Assembly (NCBI GenBank): GCA_964386615.1 | Contig: CAYLSL010000001.1 | Span: 1-56,790 of the forward strand | Length of the DNA: 56,790 nt | Origin: an uncultured Veillonellaceae bacterium | Lineage (GTDB): Bacteria; Bacillota; Negativicutes; UBA1444 | Direction of reading: 5' to 3' | Shown: positions 8,903 through 16,061 of the stretch, one piece after another | Numbering within the stretch: position 1 is the stretch's first letter | Layout of the letters: every line of letters begins with the position of its first letter | Position numbers and translations under genes: made by a program | The notes under the pieces: model-generated | Told to the model about the DNA's origin: nothing | The model's database searches: none | The model's input: only the letters and a program-made list of their open reading frames with translations

Positions 8903-9781
8903 CTAACTATTTGCCAATCTAATTTCGAGTTGCTGCCACAACTTCACAACCTGCGACTTAAGTACTGCATCAGTCCCTGACATGACCGTCCGATTGTCTT
9001 GCAACGCCTGACGAAATTCATCCCGATAAGCGATTTCTCCGGCAATTTGAATACTATTTGTCGCGCACCAGTCATGGATTTGCTGGCGAACCCCGCTGTG
9101 TAAATCACTCTTGTTTATACAAACACAGAGCGGGATTCTAAAGTGTTCGGTTAGTTCAAACAATCGCTGCGCATCGTGTAACGCCGACAACGTCGGCTCC
9201 ACTACCGCCAAAACCAGCGATGCTCCTGTTATCGCCGCAATGGCCGGGCAACCAATACCCGGTGGACCGTCGGTCAAAATAAGCGGCGCGCTAAGCTCCG
9301 TCGCCATATCACGAGCCAGCCCCTTCACTTTACAAACCAGTTTGCCTGAGTTTTCTATCGCCACGCCCAAATCCGCATTCGCCATCATCCCGTAAGCAGT
9401 CTGCCAGGTTTTCCAGTCGCCCGCATTTCGCGGCTGCATCGCAATAGCCGCCGTCGGGCAATGATCGGCGCATACACCGCAACCTTCGCAAAGTAGCGGG
9501 CCAATGAGCTTCCCATTGTCGATAGCGCTAAATTGACAAAGTGCGCCACATTTATTGCACTGGATGCAGGCGGCAGAATCGACGCTGATTTCCCAGCCTG
9601 ACTCAAACGGACCAGTTGAGATTAGCTCACCGCCAAGAATCAACTGCAAATTCGCCGCATCTACATCGCAATCCGCTAGTACCTTATTGGGAATCAGCGT
9701 TGCCAGGGCACCGGTTATACTGGTCTTGCCTGTTCCGCCCTTGCCACTGACAACAACCAGTTCTTTTATCGGCATGCCCAT
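8903..9781 (-). CDS. MinD/ParA-type P-loop ATPase with an inserted 2x[4Fe-4S] ferredoxin domain (COG1149-type)
   Basis: Deviant Walker A SGKGGTGKTS. Cluster motifs CIQCNKCGALC and CEGCGVCADHCP. Its start overlaps the upstream paralog by 16 nt. Confidence 0.85.
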   Translation of the reverse strand: MGMPIKELVVVSGKGGTGKTSITGALATLIPNKVLADCDVDAANLQLILGGELISTGPFESGWEISVDSAACIQCNKCGALCQFSAIDNGKLIGPLLCEGCGVCADHCPTAAIAMQPRNAGDWKTWQTAYGMMANADLGVAIENSGKLVCKVKGLARDMATELSAPLILTDGPPGIGCPAIAAITGASLVLAVVEPTLSALHDAQRLFELTEHFRIPLCVCINKSDLHSGVRQQIHDWCATNSIQIAGEIAYRDEFRQALQDNRTVMSGTDAVLKSQVVKLWQQLEIRLANS

Positions 9782-10614
9782 TTCAACCTCACCTCTTCCC
9801 AGATTTTCCGCCCCATTGCAGCGGCTTCACCAGATAGAGCTCCCCCTGCATACTGTTCGGCCCAGCTACGGCTATAAGGAATATCGGCAATCAGCGGAAT
9901 CTGCCGTTTCATGCAGAGTTCCTGAATTTTTCGCCGCCAAACCCCTGCCTCGCTTTTATTGATCACAACGCCGCAATTCTTTACTCCGATTTCCTGCAAT
10001 ACATCGATTGCCAGTTCCAGGTCATGCAGCCCGAATGCATTGGGTTCCGTAACCAACAGGCAGCCGTCACTGCCCTGGACGGCCATGGCCATCGAACAAG
10101 AGGTGCCTGGCGGACAATCCAGAATCGTATTATCATATTGTTCCACTGCTGCTTTTAAGGCTTTAATTAACGGACCGCCAGCCGGAAATCCCGGATCGAT
10201 TTTCCCTGCCAGCCAGCGGACATGCTCATATGCGCCTGTGCCCCAACCTTTTTCCACTTCACCGATGCGGCGGGCTTGTTCTGCAATCGCCTGTTTTGTA
10301 CAAGCCAGTTGACAGCCGCCGCAGCTATGGCAAAGTTCGGGAAACACCATGGCTTTTCTTCCCGCCACCACTAGTGCAGCAAAGCGGCAAGCTTTGACAC
10401 AATCGCCACAGCCATCGCAACGCTCGGCCAGAATCGTCGGGGTGGTTATCGTCACCGCCACCATACCTTCCCGCTCGGGGTTCAGAAACAGATGGCAATT
10501 CGGTTCTTCCACGTCACAATCAACTAACTCCACCCGCACCGATCCCAACGCCATCATCAGCGCCACGGTTGTTTTACCTGTACCGCCCTTGCCGCTCGCC
10601 ACACTAACAATCAC
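9766..10614 (-). CDS. MinD/ParA-type P-loop ATPase with an inserted 2x[4Fe-4S] ferredoxin domain (COG1149-type), paralog
   Basis: Deviant Walker A SGKGGTGKTT. Cluster motifs CDGCGDCVKAC and CHSCGGCQLAC. Confidence 0.85.
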   Translation of the reverse strand: MIVSVASGKGGTGKTTVALMMALGSVRVELVDCDVEEPNCHLFLNPEREGMVAVTITTPTILAERCDGCGDCVKACRFAALVVAGRKAMVFPELCHSCGGCQLACTKQAIAEQARRIGEVEKGWGTGAYEHVRWLAGKIDPGFPAGGPLIKALKAAVEQYDNTILDCPPGTSCSMAMAVQGSDGCLLVTEPNAFGLHDLELAIDVLQEIGVKNCGVVINKSEAGVWRRKIQELCMKRQIPLIADIPYSRSWAEQYAGGALSGEAAAMGRKIWEEVRLKWACR

Positions 10615-10632
10615 TTAATCATCACCTCCCGT

Positions 10633-10881
10633 TTACTCCTGGGGTTTCCCCTGACGCATGGCATGCGCCTGGCTGCGTAGTCGCTCCGCCTGCTGCTGCA
10701 ACAATTCTGCCTGACTCTCCATCGTCTGTGGATCAGTAAAACGACCGCGGCCAACAAATCCACAGCCCATACCTCCGCCAAAACCTCGATTTCCTGTCAT
10801 ACATCCCCCACGACCTCTTCCCATCGGGCCCATCCCCATCGGGCCCATCCCCATCGGACCTGTTCCATCTCCTCTTGGCAT
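10633..10881 (-). CDS. DUF5320 family small protein (Gly/Met-rich N-terminus, C-terminal coiled coil)
   Basis: MPRGDGTGPMGMGPMGMGPMGRGRGG.. followed by ELLQQQAERLRSQ. AGGAGG RBS upstream. Confidence 0.7.
   Translation of the reverse strand: MPRGDGTGPMGMGPMGMGPMGRGRGGCMTGNRGFGGGMGCGFVGRGRFTDPQTMESQAELLQQQAERLRSQAHAMRQGKPQE
10821..10860 (-). repeat. In-frame 15-bp tandem repeat (2.7 copies) inside the DUF5320 gene
   Basis: ccatcgggcccatcc occurs twice, followed by ccatcggacc. It encodes the repeated GPMGM units. Confidence 0.9.
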
Positions 10882-10934
10882 TACAATTCCTCCTTTAAAC
10901 TTAAATGTTTTGAACTATATTTCATTACTTGTCT

Positions 10935-10960
10935 AAAAAAAAGGGCGCGCTACCCTTTTT
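10935..10960 (-). terminator. Weak hairpin with a T8 tract after the YeeE/YedE pair (possible terminator or attenuator)
   Basis: Minus strand: AAAAAGGG-tagcgcg-CCCTTTTTTTT. Only three GC pairs, so it is weak. Confidence 0.35.
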
Positions 10961-10984
10961 CATTATATTCCTCATGCAAAAAAA

Positions 10985-11515
10985 CTACAAGCCCTTTTTC
11001 TCCAGCCAGCGAAACAACAGCAGCGTCAAAATCACAAAAGGAATAATCACAAACCAATGATTGACGCCAAGGACTTGCGGCAAGGTGATCTTGCCAAAAT
11101 CGCCCCACTTCAGTACAGTGCTTTTCATCAAAGGGAAAGCTTCGGCATAAATCGCTGCGCCTGCAACCATGCCGGCAATTCCCCAAAGTCCATCTAGACG
11201 ACCTTCGCCGACTGCCCCCATCGAAGTACCGGGGCAGTAACCGAACAAACCCCAACCAATTCCGAACAGCAGTCCGCCGATGACGATCGCCCCAACAATC
11301 ATTGGCTTGATCGACAACTTTGCCAAACCAAGATCAACCAGCAAATAGGTTCCCACCATACCAACCACGATTGCCGACATCATGAATTTGACTATCGTCA
11401 TGTCCAGCATCCTCAATGCGCCAATCTGCTTGTCATAGCGCAACACCCGTCCTTTTTGCAACAGAAAACCAAACAAAATCCCGGTAATCAGTCCATACAG
11501 TTGATCGTTCGTCAT
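10985..11515 (-). CDS. YeeE/YedE family sulfur-compound transporter, half-size subunit B
   Basis: 176-aa membrane protein with GILFGFLLQKG and the conserved-Cys motif FGYCPGTS. Its ATG overlaps the stop of the upstream half-gene (ATGA). Confidence 0.85.
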   Translation of the reverse strand: MTNDQLYGLITGILFGFLLQKGRVLRYDKQIGALRMLDMTIVKFMMSAIVVGMVGTYLLVDLGLAKLSIKPMIVGAIVIGGLLFGIGWGLFGYCPGTSMGAVGEGRLDGLWGIAGMVAGAAIYAEAFPLMKSTVLKWGDFGKITLPQVLGVNHWFVIIPFVILTLLLFRWLEKKGL

Positions 11516-12039
11516 TTCGAGTCACCTCCGCCATAGAGCATCCGGGCTACAATGATCCCGCCGACGAAAAAGAACACCAGGGCAATAAACCCGCTGACCG
11601 CTAGCTGAAGCGAACCGCTCAGCCCATGACCACTCGGTCAGCCATCGGCCAAACGGGCGCCGAACATTGCGATCGTCCCACCAACGAAAGCAACCAGGCC
11701 TCGTTTGACCAACCCACCGCCAAACCGTTGCTGCCACATATCTGGCACCGCCTGAATCCGAAAACTGCCGGAAGAAATTGCCGCAATGAAGGAGCCCGCC
11801 AAGATTCCGACAACAAACATCCACTGCCAGTCAATTACCGGTTTTGTGCTAGCAAAATATTCTAATTGTTTGATTCGGGCCGGGTCAATCAGCTGTTCCA
11901 CATAGCCGGCGCCTCGCACAAATGTTGTCGATGCACCAAAGTACTTGCCGGTAAACCATACGGAACCAACAGAAACCAATCCTGCCAATGCTCCAGCCAG
12001 ATAAGGATTCCACGCGCCTGGATCTTTGTTTTTCTCCAT
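11512..12039 (-). CDS. YeeE/YedE family transporter, half-size subunit A, with an in-frame UGA (11640..11638) read as selenocysteine (candidate selenoprotein)
   Basis: The track ORF 11638..12039 ends ...FGARLADG-TGA. The same frame continues PSGHGLSGSLQLAVSGFIALVFFFVGGIIVARMLYGGGDSK to TGA at 11514..11512. My recollection of homologs is GGC(P/T)SGHG(L/I)SG, which puts the UGA at the Cys. The read-through product is 175 aa, matching the 176-aa partner. Confidence 0.65.
11604..11623 (-). promoter_or_regulatory. Candidate bacterial SECIS hairpin, starting 14 nt downstream of the UGA in the YeeE/YedE subunit A gene
   Basis: RNA: GCUGAGCG-GUU-CGCUUCAGC. The stem is 8 bp with one bulged U. The apical region reads G-GUU-C and is G/U-rich, as in known SECIS loops. 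Confidence 0.45.
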
Positions 12040-12081
12040 TGTCAGCCCTCCTTTTTTACTTCAATATTCTCTCGGGGTTAG

Positions 12082-12507
12082 CTAACGACGTCGGCTCACA
12101 GTATGACCTTTGCATTTCGGACAGCTCATCTCGCAGCCGCGCCCGCCATGTCCATGCGGCACTTCCCATTCATGCCCGCATGAATTGCAAATGAATTGTC
12201 TCAGCCCTATTGCACAAGGCTTCACACGGTAATTGCCACCCTCAATGCGTAAGGATTTACCCTGCCAAAGAAACTGAGCAATTTTCGCATGCGCTTTTGC
12301 AAGCACACGGTGGAAGGTTGGTCGGGAAATCCCCATCCGCTCGGCAGCTGGGCCTTGGTCAAGGCCTTCCATATCCGCTAAGCGAATCGCCTCCATCTCC
12401 TCTACGGAGATCACAATTTCATCCACCGCAAAAATCGGCACACCAACTGGTTTAAATTGCGCAATAGGCGGCAGTTGTTCGACATGCCTATCTTTGGTTG
12501 GTCGCAT
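12082..12507 (-). CDS. DUF134 (UPF0251) family putative DNA-binding protein with a C-terminal zinc ribbon
   Basis: MRPTKDRHVEQLPPIAQFKPVGVP...MEAIRLADMEGLDQGPAAERMGISRPTFHRVLAKAHAKIAQFL.QGKSLRIEGG. Extension: FICNSCGHEWEV...CPKCKG. Confidence 0.8.
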   Translation of the reverse strand: MRPTKDRHVEQLPPIAQFKPVGVPIFAVDEIVISVEEMEAIRLADMEGLDQGPAAERMGISRPTFHRVLAKAHAKIAQFLWQGKSLRIEGGNYRVKPCAIGLRQFICNSCGHEWEVPHGHGGRGCEMSCPKCKGHTVSRRR

Positions 12508-12520
12508 TGCGCCGCTCCTT

Positions 12521-12536
12521 TTGAACTATCTTTCAA
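12521..12536 (-). promoter_or_regulatory. 16-bp palindrome-like element (TTGAA-agatag-TTCAA on the minus strand) located 4 nt downstream of the -10; candidate operator
   Basis: Perfect 5-bp arms. Its placement matches the element at 1713..1728 upstream of the other DUF134 gene. Confidence 0.35.
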
Positions 12537-12540
12537 TTCG

Positions 12541-12569
12541 ATTATAAGAAAAACTCTCCGTTACGTCAA
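12541..12569 (-). promoter_or_regulatory. Putative sigma-70-type promoter of the DUF134-YeeE/YedE operon
   Basis: On the minus strand: TTGACG (12569..12564), a 17-nt spacer, then TATAAT (12546..12541). Confidence 0.6.
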
Positions 12570-12590
12570 TCATTATTACAGCATTACAGC

Positions 12591-13808
12591 CTAACCATGT
12601 TCTGACACAGGCAATAATCGCAAAATTTTCATTGCGGTTGCCAATGTCAGGCGAGTTTCCACATCATCAATCGATACGCTCAAAATCTCTTCAATTCTGG
12701 TTTTCCGTTGTAAAATAGTTTTATGATGAACAAAACTCCGCTCAGCAGCCTCCTTGAGTGTGGGCGCCGATAAAATTTCTTCCAGGGTTGCGACTAGTCC
12801 CGCTTTTTTTGTCTTGTCATACTGAATCAATTTGCCGATTGACTGGTCGACAAACTCCTGCAATTGGCCGGCATCTTGGAACTGAGTCAACAACTGACAA
12901 ATACCCAGATCTGCATAATGATACACATCATTGCCGCCCCAAACCCGTCGACCTACATTGGCAGCCTCTCTTGCTTCGCGATAGCAACGACGAATATCAA
13001 GAATATCGGTATAACTGGAGCTGACACCCACCGTCAGTCGAACTCCCGGCATATGCCTTATTACACGTTCTTTGCCGGACCTCGCTCTGGTCAGCGCATG
13101 GCCTTTGACATCAGCGCAAGGTTCTGGCAATGGGCACAATACTGCAAAGCCATCATAGCGGGTCCAGACGATCTTGTCCTGCTCTGCCGAACAGATTTGT
13201 GTGACCTGCCGCAATACTTCCTGCATGCCACGCTGGTCTTTCTGCAATTCTTCATAAGATTTTCCCGCATAATCATCAATACTGATCGCGAACAAAGCAT
13301 ACTTGGCCGCCAAATCGAGTCCCAGCGCCTTACCGCGCTGGATTGCCACTTCCCGGTTGTTAATTTCACCATCAGCCAATGCATTCAGCAAGTCAGCCCG
13401 TTGTTTTGCCTCGTCGGTTCTCAGTAAGGCTTCCGTTTCCAATTGTCGATCCTGCAGGTCCCGCACAAAGCAAAGCAAAAACTCCGGCTGTTCCGAATCA
13501 CTGTCAAGCACACTTACAATCAACCGGACCATAAAAGTCTCATCATTGCCTGCCTTGGCCTGCCCAAGCAGGTCGATAGCCCCGTGAGCCTCAGCCAGCG
13601 TTTTCCATCGTTCCGGCCCCAAGTCACCATTAGGGGGGAAAAAGCGTAATACAGACTCCCCCTTGGCATCGCTCGCAATGACGCCGAGTTGTTGTGTTGC
13701 AGCCTTATTCCATTCTGTCACGTGCAATTCATGATCAAAACAGATCATCGCCATCGGTGTTTGGTCAATGATTGCCCGTAGCCGGTTCAATGAACGGTCC
13801 TTTCCCAC
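12591..13808 (-). CDS. PucR-family transcriptional regulator with an N-terminal PAS-like domain
   Basis: PAS-like N-terminus (LRAIIDQTPMAMICFDHELHVTEWNKAA). C-terminal PucR HTH (LKEAAERSFVHHKTILQRKTRIEEIL). GTG start with a GGAGGGA RBS. Confidence 0.75.
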   Translation of the reverse strand: MGKDRSLNRLRAIIDQTPMAMICFDHELHVTEWNKAATQQLGVIASDAKGESVLRFFPPNGDLGPERWKTLAEAHGAIDLLGQAKAGNDETFMVRLIVSVLDSDSEQPEFLLCFVRDLQDRQLETEALLRTDEAKQRADLLNALADGEINNREVAIQRGKALGLDLAAKYALFAISIDDYAGKSYEELQKDQRGMQEVLRQVTQICSAEQDKIVWTRYDGFAVLCPLPEPCADVKGHALTRARSGKERVIRHMPGVRLTVGVSSSYTDILDIRRCYREAREAANVGRRVWGGNDVYHYADLGICQLLTQFQDAGQLQEFVDQSIGKLIQYDKTKKAGLVATLEEILSAPTLKEAAERSFVHHKTILQRKTRIEEILSVSIDDVETRLTLATAMKILRLLPVSEHG

Positions 13809-13827
13809 TTCGTCTCCCTCCGAATTC

Positions 13828-14283
13828 TTACTCCAGCGGCCGAATCATGGCAATTTCGTCACAGTTGGGAAATTTGCTGCAATTGATACAGTCTTTCCAA
13901 ACTTTCTGCGACAACTGTTCTTTAGGCACTTCATAAAAGCCGGCTTTAGCAAAGAAACCGGGTTGATAGGTCAGCGTGAACAAGGTTTTTACTCCCAGTT
14001 TCCGTGCATCTTCCATTAACTGCTGTACGATCTTAAACCCAATCCCGCGTCCGGCAAATTCCGGCGAAATCGCCATAGCGCGGATTTCCGCCAGCTCGTC
14101 CCATACAAGGTGTAACGCTCCTACCCCGACCACTTTGCCATCTTCTTCCGCCAACACAAAATCACGCAACGTCTCGTAGATGGAATTTCTGGACCTTGCC
14201 AGCATGAGCCCCTGCTCGGCATAATCATTAACAATCTTATGGATGCTTTCTACATCACGAAAAGTCGCTGTACGGTATTTCAT
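13828..14283 (-). CDS. GNAT family N-acetyltransferase (ArgA-like small acetyltransferase)
   Basis: Acetyl-CoA binding region AISPEFAGRGIGFKIVQQLMEDARKLG. Length is 151 aa. Confidence 0.8.
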   Translation of the reverse strand: MKYRTATFRDVESIHKIVNDYAEQGLMLARSRNSIYETLRDFVLAEEDGKVVGVGALHLVWDELAEIRAMAISPEFAGRGIGFKIVQQLMEDARKLGVKTLFTLTYQPGFFAKAGFYEVPKEQLSQKVWKDCINCSKFPNCDEIAMIRPLE

Positions 14284-14310
14284 TTCGCCACCCCCATATA
14301 TGATGAATAA

Positions 14311-14973
14311 TTATAACTTGTTATTTTGTTTTTTTCCATCATATTTTCCTGCAGCAGGACATAGCCTCGCCAAGGAGCACTCGCTACACAACGGATTACG
14401 GGCGCGACATATTTTTCGCCCATGCCAGATCAGCCAATGATGGGCGGCTGACCAATCTGTGCGGGGAATCAGTTTCATCAAACCCTGTTCAACTGCATCC
14501 GGCGTTTCACCGCGAGCCAGGCCCGTCCGATTGGCGACCCGGAATACGTGAGTATCGACGGCAATCGCCGGCACGCCAAACTGGTGGCTCAGCACAACAT
14601 TAGCCGTTTTGCGGCCAACACCTGGCAGTTTTATCAACGCTTCCAACGTTGCAGGGACTTCACCTTGCCAAACGTCGATCAGCATTTTGCAGGTAGCAAG
14701 AATGTTTTTGGCTTTTGCCCGGAATAAACCACAGTCACGGATCAGTTCCTCCAGTTGCTCAACAGTCAATTCCAGCATTTTGGCTGGCGTGTTCCACTGC
14801 GGAAACAACCGTTGTGTAATAATGTTTACCCGCACATCGGTACACTGGGCAGACAAAATTACTGCGATCAACAGTTCAAAAGAAGAGCTGAAAACCAGAC
14901 CCGTCGTTGCCCCTTGATAATCTCTGGCCAAAAGTTGCAGCATCTCTCTGCGGGCTGCCTGTGTCAATCGCAT
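14311..14973 (-). CDS. nth: Endonuclease III (DNA-(apurinic or apyrimidinic site) lyase)
   Basis: HhH-GPD motif LPGVGRKTANVVL plus the catalytic region, and the [4Fe-4S] loop CRARNPLCSECSLARLC. Confidence 0.9.
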   Translation of the reverse strand: MRLTQAARREMLQLLARDYQGATTGLVFSSSFELLIAVILSAQCTDVRVNIITQRLFPQWNTPAKMLELTVEQLEELIRDCGLFRAKAKNILATCKMLIDVWQGEVPATLEALIKLPGVGRKTANVVLSHQFGVPAIAVDTHVFRVANRTGLARGETPDAVEQGLMKLIPRTDWSAAHHWLIWHGRKICRARNPLCSECSLARLCPAAGKYDGKKQNNKL

Positions 14974-15120
14974 AAAAGCCTCCCAAACAATCTCTCCTTA
15001 ATGCTGGTTCAACAAATCTTGTACTCTTTCCTTCATTTTAGAAAGGATTTTTCGTTTTTAAGGGGAATTTAAAATTAAGTAACCGAAGCAACAACAATCC
15101 AAACGGAGAGGAGATTGCAC

Positions 15121-15387
15121 ATGTTTGGCTTAGGAATGCCAGAACTGATCCTGATTCTTGTTATTGCGCTAGTCATTTTCGGTCCTTCAAAATTGCCGGA
15201 AATGGGAGCATCTGTCGGCAAAGCGATCCGGGAATTCCGCAGTGCGACTAAAGAACCGGACCCGGAACCGGACCGTAAAGTAATCGTCGCTGAATATCAC
15301 GAGGCCCCCAAACAGATTTCGACAACTCCCGGTGGCGTTGATGCCGAAAAAGCAGCGGTCGAAAAGAAACCGGCTGTAAAGGAATGA
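15121..15387 (+). CDS. tatA: Twin-arginine translocase subunit TatA/E
   Basis: [43 protein letters not shown] at 15121 is preceded by GGAGAGGAG. The track start at 15115 is a TTG extension. Confidence 0.9.
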   Translation: MFGLGMPELILILVIALVIFGPSKLPEMGASVGKAIREFRSATKEPDPEPDRKVIVAEYHEAPKQISTTPGGVDAEKAAVEKKPAVKE

Positions 15388-16061
15388 GTCACTTTAGTTT
15401 CAGCCGTCGCGATTTTGTAGTGGGAGCGATAGCGGGAACGGCTGCCGGCGCAACCATCGTTGCTGCCTTATTAAGAAAAAAAGCGCCTTCTGATGCCGCC
15501 TTGTCTGGAAACTCGGTCTTTAAGACTGACCGGGCTGCCCGCATCACAACGCCCAGCTTCATTGCCATAGATCATGCGCGTTGCAGCGGTTGTCGGATCT
15601 GCGAAGCAGAATGCGCTTTAGTCAGAGAGCATTCCTTTGATTTTTGGCGCAGCCGAATCAGAGCACATCGGTTTGAACCGCAACTTGATATCATTTCCCT
15701 TTGCGCAGGGTGCGCGGATGCCCCCTGCGTTTCTGTCTGCCCAAAAGAAGTTGTCGCACTGACCCGGGATACGCAAACTGGGGCAATCTTGCTGAACGAG
15801 AGCAAATGCATCGGCTGCCAGGCCTGCATAAATGCCTGCGCCAAAGATCGTACCGCTGTGCTTCGCATGAGCCGTGATGGCAAAAAAGCACTGGGGCTCT
15901 GCGATTTGTGCGGCGGAGACCCCGCCTGTGTCAAAGCCTGCCCCGAACAGTGCCTTTCCATCGTCCCCGCCAATATCGACGGCAAGGTGCTGGCGGCAAA
16001 GCCGGCCGAAATTGCACGTTCGCTTTCCCTGTCGGTCTATCGCGCGGGGGGGGATCGCTAA
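15384..16061 (+). CDS. Tat-signal 4x[4Fe-4S] polyferredoxin (DmsB/HybA/YdhX-like electron-transfer subunit)
   Basis: Twin-arginine signal [25 protein letters not shown]. Cluster motifs [15 protein letters not shown]...[17 protein letters not shown] and [14 protein letters not shown]. The start overlaps the tatA stop (ATGA). Confidence 0.85.
   Translation: MSHFSFSRRDFVVGAIAGTAAGATIVAALLRKKAPSDAALSGNSVFKTDRAARITTPSFIAIDHARCSGCRICEAECALVREHSFDFWRSRIRAHRFEPQLDIISLCAGCADAPCVSVCPKEVVALTRDTQTGAILLNESKCIGCQACINACAKDRTAVLRMSRDGKKALGLCDLCGGDPACVKACPEQCLSIVPANIDGKVLAAKPAEIARSLSLSVYRAGGDR

Noticed and set aside
10821-10860. Short tandem repeat considered as a CRISPR-like or VNTR element
   Set aside because: It is an in-frame 15-bp coding repeat inside DUF5320 with no spacers. 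No CRISPR array, transposase, integrase or IS-like inverted repeats were seen anywhere in the window.
11638-11640. The TGA in the YeeE/YedE subunit A gene read as a genuine stop, giving a truncated pseudogene plus a 122-nt gap
   Set aside because: Considered, but judged less likely than Sec. The downstream 41 codons stay open in frame and encode the expected SGHGLSG motif and a transmembrane helix. They end in an ATGA overlap with the partner gene. The UGA sits at the conserved Cys, and a hairpin follows. The question remains unproven without alignments or proteomics.
15908-16060. 51-codon N-terminal extension of the AOR ORF
   Set aside because: It lies entirely inside the ferredoxin gene in another frame and is Arg/Pro/Gly-rich. 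The ATG at 16061 gives the canonical AOR N-terminus [14 protein letters not shown].
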